IMG/VR virus record: IMGVR_UViG_3300021426_000009
Span: 10,121-74,120 of that record
Direction: 5' to 3' (one strand)
DNA length: 64,000 bases
Source of the DNA: a virus
Taxonomy: Duplodnaviria > Caudoviricetes
Of the stretch, positions 33,445 to 41,431 are shown piece by piece. Every line of letters starts with the position of its first letter. The first letter of the stretch is position 1. The translations under genes were made by a program, and so were the position numbers. The notes under the pieces are model-generated. The model saw nothing but the letters and a program-made list of their open reading frames with translations. It searched no databases and had not been told where the DNA came from.

Positions 33445-34887
33445 ATGCCTTTAGATGAAATTTTCAATGGTGATTCGGCTGGAACCATCATATCCAAGCT
33501 GAAGAAGAAGTCAGTGGAGGTCCCCAGTTGGGATGTTCTGCTGAAGGATTACGAGCCTACCATGCACAAGATCGTCGGCGACATCTTGGGACGCAAGGAC
33601 AGGCAGCGTTCTGACGGTGTCATGGAGTACGCAAGCCGTATCTATGTCGGTATGGAGAAGCTCCTGTGCCGTAGATACAACGAGTACACGTTCTCTCTCC
33701 CCGTGAAGCGCAACTATTCGAACATTGACGATAACGAGACAAGACAGGAGATTGCCAATGCCATTGAAGCCATCTACAAGCATGCACGTATCGATGCCGT
33801 GAACCTCAAGCGAGGCCTTGCATACTATGCCTGCTGCGAGATATTCACGATATGGTACACGGTGGACAAGCCGAACACTCTCTACGGCTTCAACAGCCCG
33901 TACAAGCTGAAATGCAAGACGTACTCTCCGATGGAGGGCTATTCACTCTATCCCCTGCTCGACGAAATGGATGACATGATAGCCATGTCCATCGAGTACA
34001 AGAAGAAGATCGACAACACAGACGTGACGTTCTTCGAGACCTTCACGGCAGACAAGCACTACAAGTGGAGACAGGACGGCAACAGCGTTGACGGATGGTC
34101 TCCAGTAGCCATTGAAGGCTCCAAGGAAGGTGAGTCGGTGGGCAGCGTTTCCATCGAGATCGAGAAGATTCCAGGAGCATACCTTTGGAGGCCCGCCCCT
34201 GTGTATCACGGGCTGACATACCTGCGTGAGGAGATTGAGTACACCCTCTCCCGCAACAGCGATGTCATTGCGTACAACTCCGCACCTGTCCTGAAGATTT
34301 CAGGAGAGATAAAGGGTGAGGAGGCCAAGGGAGAGTCACGTCGTGCCTTCCGCATGGAGAATGGCGGTGATGTGTCCTACGTGTCATGGAACCAATCGGT
34401 GGAAGCCCTGAAGTACCATATCGACATGCTGATAAAGCTGTTCTTCATGCAGGCACAGATGCCGGACGTTTCCTTCGACAACCTGAAGGGACTCGGTAGC
34501 ATCGGCTATGATGCAAGGCAGACCCTGTTCACGGATGCGCACCTGAAGATCGGTGACGAGGCAGGACCTTGGGTGGAGTTCCTTGAGCGTGAGTGCAATG
34601 TTATCAAGGCCTTCCTGAAGAAGATGAATGTCAAATGGGCAAATGAGATTGACAATGTGGACATCGAGCACATCATCACTCCGTTCGTACAGAACGACGA
34701 GAAGTACGAGATTGAGAAGTGGATGAAAGCCAATGGCGACAAGCCTCTTGTCGGACATCTTGAATCCATCCGCAAGGCAGGTGTCTCGGAAGACCCTGAT
34801 GCAGCATACGAGGAGTATAACAGGGAGCAGAACGAATCGCTCGAGAGCCGTGTCCAGAACATCTTCGGAGGAGCGTCCGCTGAATAG
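33445..34887 (+). CDS. Portal protein (SPP1 gp6-like)
   Basis: About 480 aa after terL; SRNSDVIAYNSAPVL, G.V.YVSW.Q..E and SG-like GSIG.DARQ motifs. Confidence 0.9.
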   Translation: MPLDEIFNGDSAGTIISKLKKKSVEVPSWDVLLKDYEPTMHKIVGDILGRKDRQRSDGVMEYASRIYVGMEKLLCRRYNEYTFSLPVKRNYSNIDDNETRQEIANAIEAIYKHARIDAVNLKRGLAYYACCEIFTIWYTVDKPNTLYGFNSPYKLKCKTYSPMEGYSLYPLLDEMDDMIAMSIEYKKKIDNTDVTFFETFTADKHYKWRQDGNSVDGWSPVAIEGSKEGESVGSVSIEIEKIPGAYLWRPAPVYHGLTYLREEIEYTLSRNSDVIAYNSAPVLKISGEIKGEEAKGESRRAFRMENGGDVSYVSWNQSVEALKYHIDMLIKLFFMQAQMPDVSFDNLKGLGSIGYDARQTLFTDAHLKIGDEAGPWVEFLERECNVIKAFLKKMNVKWANEIDNVDIEHIITPFVQNDEKYEIEKWMKANGDKPLVGHLESIRKAGVSEDPDAAYEEYNREQNESLESRVQNIFGGASAE

Positions 34888-34910
34888 TCAACCGATAGAA
34901 TGAGTGTGTC

Positions 34911-35162
34911 ATGGCAGGAAGGGGTGCAAACAAAAATCCTGAGCCGAAGCAGCCGGCCGTCGTGCATTTCTGCAGGGAGTGTGCCAACTGCACGGAGGTG
35001 TGGGAACCATCAAACCTCCTATCTCTCAAAGGAGAGCCGACACTCGGCACATGTCCGTACTGGACTCAGTCAAGATGCGTACTGCTCAGCCAGAAGGCAT
35101 GCAAGGAACATTTCAAACCAAGGAAGCAAGATGCCACCAGTAATAGCGTTCAGCAAGTTTAA
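34911..35162 (+). CDS. Small Cys-rich protein
   Basis: CRECANC ... CPY ... C ... C. Confidence 0.6.
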   Translation: MAGRGANKNPEPKQPAVVHFCRECANCTEVWEPSNLLSLKGEPTLGTCPYWTQSRCVLLSQKACKEHFKPRKQDATSNSVQQV

Positions 35163-35499
35163 GTTCGAGGAGAGCCGTTACCATCGTGGGAAGAAGTATT
35201 GGATGGCCACCACTCTCCTGAAGGCGGTTCAGGACCAGGAGCTTGAGCCGTTCGACTATCCAGTAGCCGCATATGACATGAGCAACAGGTATTTCGACCT
35301 GAATAACATGGATGATTTCTGCTGGCAGATGAAGAGGACTCTCGAGGCAGACTATAAGAACAACCCGATAATACTTGATGACTTCGGACAGGTAGCAGAC
35401 GGCAACCACCGCCTGTGCCATGCCATCCTTGACGGTGAGAGTACCGTGAAGGCCTATCGTCTGATAAGTATGCCGGAGCCTGATTTTACAGAGGAATGA
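35131..35499 (+). CDS. ParB/Srx-like small protein
   Basis: PIILDDFGQVADGNHRLCHA motif. Confidence 0.7.
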   Translation: MPPVIAFSKFKFEESRYHRGKKYWMATTLLKAVQDQELEPFDYPVAAYDMSNRYFDLNNMDDFCWQMKRTLEADYKNNPIILDDFGQVADGNHRLCHAILDGESTVKAYRLISMPEPDFTEE

Positions 35500-35500
35500 A

Positions 35501-38014
35501 ATGGCAAGACCAAAAGGTATCAATCAGAAAGCCAAGTGGCGAGCACACTCCATCCGTCTGGCACGTTATGCGGACAGGGTGCAGTTGGTGTATGATACCT
35601 TGAATAGGGAGATTGCCAATTCCGTAGTAAGGGCGGGATATGACGGCACGGAGCCGTTCAGCTTCTCTGACTACCCCCTGACGAAGAAGAAGTTCGAAGA
35701 GGTGCAGGCTGCTTTCGTTAGCGACCTGCGCTCTGTCATTTTCTCGGGTACGTCACAGGAATGGAAGGAGAGCAACCTCATGCAGGATCTGCTTGCGGAC
35801 AAGGTTCTGAAGTTCTATGGTGTGAAGAAGGACGGCAAGAAGCACCGTGTCTATTACCAGTCGAACAACGATGCGCTGAAGGCATTCCAGCAGAGGAAGG
35901 AGAACGGCCTCGGTCTCTCGGAAAGACTTTGGAACCAGTCGAAGAACTACAAGGAGGAAATGGAGTATGCCATTTCGTCTGCCATCGAGAAGGGTACGTC
36001 TGCCGTCAAGTTGTCTAAGCGCCTGAGTAAGTATCTGCAGGATTTTCCATCACTCAAGCACGACTACAAGGAGAAGTTCGGAAAGGCCGTCAAGTGTCAG
36101 GACTGCGAGTACCGCTCCATCCGTCTGGCGAGGTCGGAGATAAACATGGCTTACAGGACTGCTGAGCAGGAACGCTGGAAGCAGTTTGATTTTGTATTGG
36201 GCTATGAGGTGAAGCTGACTCAGAATGGCCGTCATGTGCCGGACATCTGCGACGACCTTGCAGGCAAGTACCCGAAGGACTTCAAGTTCATGGGCTGGCA
36301 CCCGAACTGCATGTGCTATGTCATCCCAATCCTCAAGACTGAGGAGCAGTTCTGGAACGATGAGGATGCACCTGAGATTGCCGAGCCTCCTAAGAACTTC
36401 ACCGACTGGCTGAAGGATAATGCAGAGCGCATTGACAAGGCTGCGGAGAATGGTTCCCTCCCCTACTGGTACACGGACAATGAAAAGTATGTGAACTTTA
36501 GAGGTAAAAGTTCTTACGACCTTCTTGCTATGCCGGAAGGACTTCCATCGAAATACAGGGAGAAATTTGACGAGTTGGTTTCAAAAGCTGAAAGCCAAAT
36601 TGAGAACAAGGAGCAGTTCAGGTCATTCCAAGTGAACATCAAGCGTCTTGCTGAAATGCTTGCTGATGATAACGCAAGAGGAATGGTCGAGGAGCAGATG
36701 GGAGAATATTTCCTTGCATACATGGAAGATTATGCCAAGGGTAAGTCTATATATGTGTTTGAGGACCAAGTAAGAAAGTTCCAGGAGCGTTCGGGATTTG
36801 TCCGCAAACCGATAGAGCTGCGAATGCCAAAAATGGGAACTCTGCCATGTAATGCCGATGAAATTGTACGTTATCTCAATTCCGTAGAGTCGTTGGAGGA
36901 GTTTTATATAAGATATGGCTATCGGTCATACGATGAGTTCTTTGACGCTATTGGAGGCATAGATAAGATTGAGGATAAGCTTCAGTCCATAGCCGATGAA
37001 AGCCGTGTCTATATGTGCCTTGATTCAAGCACGTTCGAAAAGCAGATTCTCAAAGGTGATGGCAAGTTCAAAAACTCTCTTGAAACAGGAAAGGGTACGT
37101 TTAAGACTGTAGGAGAAGAACGTGCAACAAAGGAGCGTATCATGTTTGGTCTTTCGGATGCAGACTATGATGTTATGCCAAAGTATGGGTTCGTGGCAGG
37201 AAGAGAGACTATGGACTATGAGCAGATCGTCAGCTTTGGATATGGAGATACCTATGTGAGGTTTAGGGACGCTTCTGTTCGTGGAAGAACATCGATAACG
37301 TGCGGTGACTCATATGATGGCAATAGGCTTCTGAAGGGAAGGATGGGATATAGCATGTCCTCTCCAGCTGTACCGTTGGATCAGCCGGACGCTAATTTCT
37401 CTCTCGGCATTCTGTCTCATTCGAGGGATGGAGAGGTGGCTATCGAGAAACTGACGTCAGCAACGAAGCTATCGGAAATTCAAACATCTACCTATGTGGA
37501 GGCGCAGATATATGGTGTCCTTCGTATAGAAGATGTTGATGCAGTGTTCGTACAATCGAAAAAGCAGATGACTTCTCTGACCAAGCTCTTAAAGAAACAG
37601 GGTCTGGATATTGAGGTATTGCCGTGTGAATATGACACACGACTAAAGTATCTTGCCGATGGATTTACAAATTATGAAGGAAAGGCTTCGAAATATGCCC
37701 ATTCGCTGACGGACGGAGATTTGGACTTGCTTGGGGATTTCTACATCGATGGCCTCACGAAGAGGTTGGCCGACCCGAAGAACAGGTGGTGGGAAAAGAT
37801 TTCCATGCCTGACGAGTTTATGGAAACCATGAAGAAGATCGCTGATGGGGCAGCCACTTCATCGGAGAAGAGGGCATGGCTCAAATCCTACTACGCTGAG
37901 CTGAGGAAGAAAGGAAATGGTGTGTTCCCGAAGGTTTGGTGGCAGGACTATTCGCCAAGCTACGGTGGATGGGTATCGGATGTTTTGAACGAGAAATTAC
38001 TGAAAGGATTGTAA
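35501..38014 (+). CDS. MuF/SPP1 gp7-like head morphogenesis protein with long C-terminal extension (putative ADP-ribosyltransferase-like, DUF3626-like domain)
   Basis: RLARSEINMAY, CDDLAGKYPKDF.F.GWHPNCMC (MuF). C-terminal FKNSLETG, PKYG, YGD, TCGDS and YVEAQIYG motifs. Confidence 0.8.
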   Translation: MARPKGINQKAKWRAHSIRLARYADRVQLVYDTLNREIANSVVRAGYDGTEPFSFSDYPLTKKKFEEVQAAFVSDLRSVIFSGTSQEWKESNLMQDLLADKVLKFYGVKKDGKKHRVYYQSNNDALKAFQQRKENGLGLSERLWNQSKNYKEEMEYAISSAIEKGTSAVKLSKRLSKYLQDFPSLKHDYKEKFGKAVKCQDCEYRSIRLARSEINMAYRTAEQERWKQFDFVLGYEVKLTQNGRHVPDICDDLAGKYPKDFKFMGWHPNCMCYVIPILKTEEQFWNDEDAPEIAEPPKNFTDWLKDNAERIDKAAENGSLPYWYTDNEKYVNFRGKSSYDLLAMPEGLPSKYREKFDELVSKAESQIENKEQFRSFQVNIKRLAEMLADDNARGMVEEQMGEYFLAYMEDYAKGKSIYVFEDQVRKFQERSGFVRKPIELRMPKMGTLPCNADEIVRYLNSVESLEEFYIRYGYRSYDEFFDAIGGIDKIEDKLQSIADESRVYMCLDSSTFEKQILKGDGKFKNSLETGKGTFKTVGEERATKERIMFGLSDADYDVMPKYGFVAGRETMDYEQIVSFGYGDTYVRFRDASVRGRTSITCGDSYDGNRLLKGRMGYSMSSPAVPLDQPDANFSLGILSHSRDGEVAIEKLTSATKLSEIQTSTYVEAQIYGVLRIEDVDAVFVQSKKQMTSLTKLLKKQGLDIEVLPCEYDTRLKYLADGFTNYEGKASKYAHSLTDGDLDLLGDFYIDGLTKRLADPKNRWWEKISMPDEFMETMKKIADGAATSSEKRAWLKSYYAELRKKGNGVFPKVWWQDYSPSYGGWVSDVLNEKLLKGL

Positions 38015-38016
38015 GT

Positions 38017-38202
38017 ATGAAGGTAAGGTTCCAAGAATATGACAAGAAATGGTTGTACGACACCAAGAAGAAGATGTTGTACGACATTGTAGATAACGAC
38101 TGCTACAAGTCGAAGATTGATATGATACAGCTGACGAAGTTCAATCCCTTCGCCAAGCTGACGCACACATACGTCATCAATCCGTATAGAGTCCGAAAAT
38201 GA
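38017..38202 (+). CDS. 61-aa protein, candidate immunity protein of the MuF toxin
   Basis: ATG 2 bp after the MuF stop; MKVRFQEYDKKWLYD... Confidence 0.5.
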   Translation: MKVRFQEYDKKWLYDTKKKMLYDIVDNDCYKSKIDMIQLTKFNPFAKLTHTYVINPYRVRK

Positions 38203-38212
38203 CGGCCATACG

Positions 38213-38342
38213 GCAAAAGTTAAACATTCTGAAAACCAGATTGTTAGCCGAAAAATACTTTGAAAAACGTTTGGTCATTTGCAAAAAAATGACTACCTTT
38301 ACACTATAAAATAAGAAACATTATTAAACAAGAAGAGCAATG
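38213..38342 (+). repeat. Promoter cassette repeat copy R3
   Basis: Aligns with R1 and R2; GTCATTT-GCAAAA-AAATGAC inverted repeat between the -33 and -7 boxes. Confidence 0.9.
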
Positions 38343-38639
38343 AAAAATCAGTTGGAAAAAGAAGTAAAGAGCATGATCGAAGGGTTAATCTCGGATGCCA
38401 AGGTCTATGAAGGCCTGAATCAGACGCACGATGATTTCAGGGTGTTTGTCGATGAGGGCAACCAGCAGTTGGCCATCATGTTCAAGGATGTCACTAACCA
38501 GTTCGGTCATGAGTGGAACGGACACCTGTATGAGATACAGGATGATAAACTCGAAATCGTAGAGTATGGAGCCTTCGACTGCATGGCCATCGAGGACTGG
38601 ACAAACTGCGATTTCGTTGAAGTTGAATTGAAGTGGTGA
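38340..38639 (+). CDS. Acidic hypothetical protein, island 3
   Basis: AAGAGCAATG start. Confidence 0.7.
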   Translation: MKNQLEKEVKSMIEGLISDAKVYEGLNQTHDDFRVFVDEGNQQLAIMFKDVTNQFGHEWNGHLYEIQDDKLEIVEYGAFDCMAIEDWTNCDFVEVELKW

Positions 38640-38699
38640 CCTTTAAGAAGATAAGAGTTATAAGAAACATAGTATTCACCTATTTAAAAATTAAGAGCA

Positions 38700-39368
38700 A
38701 TGAAGAAAGAAGAGTTGAAAGCAGCAATCACGAAGAATTTTGCTGAAAATGAGTTTGACAAGGCAATGGAGCTGAACAAGGATCTGTTCCAGGAGTATGA
38801 GAACGTGGCAGGCAAGCGCAGCCTTACCGCCCTTGTGACCTACTGGAAGAAGAGGTCAGAGGATGAGGGTATCAAGGAAGAAGGTACTCTCGAGCCTGTC
38901 GAGGAAACCATCACATCGGAGGAGTCAGGAGAGCTGGAGGAAGCCCTCGGCATCCCTGCACCCGAAGAGGTGAAGGTCGAGGAGCCTGAGCACCAGTTCA
39001 TACTGGGAGAGACACTTGACACGGCACAGATAGAGACCCTGCTGGAGAGAGGCAACAAGGCTCTCACACGCTACTGCATCGTCAAGGAGGAGTTCAAGCA
39101 GATTAGCGACACGGAGCGTTTCATCAAGACCTCAATGATGGTCAAGGAGGACGGCTTCGGATGGAAGAGCTTCGAGTCGGCTATGGGAGTCCTCGGAGGC
39201 AAGAAAGGTATCACTGAGCGCAGGCTCGGCAGCTTCTGGAGATCGGAGTGCGGACTACCTGTCGGAGAGGAAATCACGAAGAAGACCATCTACAAGGTCG
39301 GAGAGGCATTGCGAAAGTTCGCCTTCCGTCTGAACGAGTCTGCCATCACATGTGTAACCAGCATCTAA
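38700..39368 (+). CDS. Hypothetical protein, island 3
   Basis: AAGAGCAATG start; begins MKKEELK like 31255..31422. Confidence 0.7.
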   Translation: MKKEELKAAITKNFAENEFDKAMELNKDLFQEYENVAGKRSLTALVTYWKKRSEDEGIKEEGTLEPVEETITSEESGELEEALGIPAPEEVKVEEPEHQFILGETLDTAQIETLLERGNKALTRYCIVKEEFKQISDTERFIKTSMMVKEDGFGWKSFESAMGVLGGKKGITERRLGSFWRSECGLPVGEEITKKTIYKVGEALRKFAFRLNESAITCVTSI

Positions 39369-39382
39369 GGAAGGAGGACGAT

Positions 39383-39583
39383 ATGTTAGGACTGACTGAG
39401 AGTGTAAGCCGTAGTCTCGAGATTTCCGAAGAGGAGGCTGACAAGATAATAGATGAGCAGGCACAGCTCGGACTGGACATGATGTCCGATGAGGGACTGG
39501 ACATAGAGGACGTAGAGGATCTGATGGCGGACATGGGAATAGAGCCGGACTTAATGGAGGAGTTCCTACTGCGAATGTGCTGA
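39383..39583 (+). CDS. Small acidic protein, island 3
   Basis: AAGGAGGACGAT-ATG start. Confidence 0.65.
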   Translation: MLGLTESVSRSLEISEEEADKIIDEQAQLGLDMMSDEGLDIEDVEDLMADMGIEPDLMEEFLLRMC

Positions 39584-39612
39584 CTACCCTCACAACTATC
39601 CACCTGTAAAGA

Positions 39613-39646
39613 ATTAGGGGCCTAAGCAAGTTCTTAGACCCCTAAT
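39613..39646. terminator. Hairpin between convergent genes (likely bidirectional terminator)
   Basis: ATTAGGGG-C-CTAAG-CAAGTT-CTTAG-A-CCCCTAAT. Confidence 0.6.
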
Positions 39647-39653
39647 TTAGTGT

Positions 39654-39968
39654 TTAATCGACCTCTTTCAAATGCCTATCGAGAACCCATACTTCCCTGC
39701 CTGAAGAAAGCCGAACTTGGACTTTCCAGTCCTTTACCTGAAGGATTGTGCCAAGCTGTCCGTTGAACAGAAGGATTGTGCTGTCGGATTCCACCATGCT
39801 GTCGAACTCCGCAGCATTCTTGTTGGTTGCATGATATGTCAGCTGCTCCAGACAGCTCTCACTATAGCAGCCGACGCAGTTGGTCTTGACTTTCACCTTC
39901 GAGCCTGTCTTGATTCCTCCACAGGCCGTCAGGATGACGAGAATGGATATAAATATGATTTTCTTCAT
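39654..39968 (-). CDS. Lipoprotein moron on the opposite strand
   Basis: Signal peptide II MKKIIFISILVILTA-C. Confidence 0.75.
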   Translation of the reverse strand: MKKIIFISILVILTACGGIKTGSKVKVKTNCVGCYSESCLEQLTYHATNKNAAEFDSMVESDSTILLFNGQLGTILQVKDWKVQVRLSSGREVWVLDRHLKEVD

Positions 39969-40042
39969 GCCGCAAAGTTAGGAAAAGTTTTCGAGAATGT
40001 GCAAAGGTAGATACAAAAACAGGCGAGTTTAGAAAAATTATG

Positions 40043-40083
40043 CTTGAAAATCAAGCAGATTTGAATAAGAATTGATAATTTTG
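40043..40083 (+). promoter_or_regulatory. Head-operon promoter: CTTGA-AAA-TCAAG palindrome, -7 TAATTTTG
   Basis: Read directly from sequence. Confidence 0.6.
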
Positions 40084-40193
40084 TGGCAGAAAGCGTATGC
40101 AGATGCGCAAAATGAAGGCCCTGCTCTTTTGGAAGGTACCTGCAATGCGTTCATCGCAACGCAAGAGTAGTAACCATCTAAATTTGTAGTTCA

Positions 40194-40973
40194 ATGAACA
40201 AGAGACAGAGAAGGGTTTTCACCCTGTTGAGAACGAAGACTAAGGCAATCGGTCTCAATCGTAAGGAGTTAGAGAGTCTTGCTATCAAGATTGACAAGAA
40301 TCTGGAACTCGAAGAAGATGCCTCGGACGAGGACGTTGACGCTGCAGCAGAAGCTGCGATTGATGCGGCACTCCCGTTCTTAGAAGTGAGCCAGTCCGTG
40401 GCTCAACGCTCTATCCAAACAGCTTTGCAGCGTCGCCAGACCCAGCAGGACGATGACGATGATGATGTGATCGACGATGATGATGTCAATGATGATGACG
40501 ACCCCGATGACGTCAACCGACAGAACCAGCGTCAGCCGAAAGGAAAGGGCAAGAAAAACCGCAGCACTAAGTCGGAGGACAGTGAACTCTTGAAGATTCT
40601 GAAGAAGCAGAACGAATCCATCGAAGCGTTGCAGAAGACGATTGCCGGCATGCAGGGCGACCGTGTCAACGAGACGAGACGTGCAAGGCTGAAGAAGCTG
40701 GTGGAGAACACAGGCACGTTCGGCAAGGCCGCACTCAGGCAGTTCGACCTGATGACCTTCAAGGATGACGAAGCTTTCGATGATTATCTCGACGAGGTGC
40801 AGAAGGATTTGGACGACCTCAATCAGGAGCGTGCTAACGAGGGCCTCGGCAAGCTCGGAGACGTGCCTGGCGGTGGAGGTAAGAAGAACCCAGAGACTCA
40901 AAACAAGCCGGAGGTGATGTCTGACGAAGCTATCATTGCTATGGCAGGCGGAACTCCACAAACAACAAAGTAA
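40194..40973 (+). CDS. Capsid scaffolding protein
   Basis: Position before the capsid genes; acidic, coiled-coil, poly-Asp linker. Confidence 0.7.
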   Translation: MNKRQRRVFTLLRTKTKAIGLNRKELESLAIKIDKNLELEEDASDEDVDAAAEAAIDAALPFLEVSQSVAQRSIQTALQRRQTQQDDDDDDVIDDDDVNDDDDPDDVNRQNQRQPKGKGKKNRSTKSEDSELLKILKKQNESIEALQKTIAGMQGDRVNETRRARLKKLVENTGTFGKAALRQFDLMTFKDDEAFDDYLDEVQKDLDDLNQERANEGLGKLGDVPGGGGKKNPETQNKPEVMSDEAIIAMAGGTPQTTK

Positions 40974-40985
40974 AAGTAAAAGATT

Positions 40986-41396
40986 ATGGGCGCACAAGCT
41001 AATTTGAACCAAGAAGGCATGAAGATCCTGTCAGCCAATGACAGCATCATCATCCGCAAGTATGGTGCAGGTATCAATGGCGGTCGTACCCTTGACATGA
41101 GCGATTTCCCCGCTTCGGAGAAGTGCATCAAGGCCGGTCACGTTGTTATCCGCAGCATTGAGGACGAGACGCTTTACAAGCCTATGCCTGTCTCTGAGGA
41201 CGGCAAGAGCTATGCCTCTCTCCCTGAAGGGTACGAGTATGTTGGTGTAGTCGTAGCCACCAAGCCTGTTGACTATCCTCTCGTAGGTATTATGTACGCA
41301 GGCGAGGTGAACGATGTGGCCAGCCCCTACCCAGTGAGTGATATAAAGTCCGACCTGAAGACTGCACTTCCCGGACTCGTGTTCATGCACGACTAA
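40986..41396 (+). CDS. Head decoration / capsid-associated protein
   Basis: Position between scaffold and MCP; GGRTLD...KAGHV motif. Confidence 0.65.
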   Translation: MGAQANLNQEGMKILSANDSIIIRKYGAGINGGRTLDMSDFPASEKCIKAGHVVIRSIEDETLYKPMPVSEDGKSYASLPEGYEYVGVVVATKPVDYPLVGIMYAGEVNDVASPYPVSDIKSDLKTALPGLVFMHD

Positions 41397-41431
41397 GTTG
41401 CAGAAACGACGTATAAACAGAAGATAAGGAT

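Noticed and set aside
17713-38342. CRISPR array or IS ends for the repeated cassettes
   Set aside because: Copies are kilobases apart, carry promoter and start-codon features, and have no regular spacers, cas genes or transposase.
40440-40512. GAT/GAC microsatellite as a contingency locus
   Set aside because: It encodes an imperfect poly-Asp linker in the scaffold protein; in-frame triplets would not switch phase.
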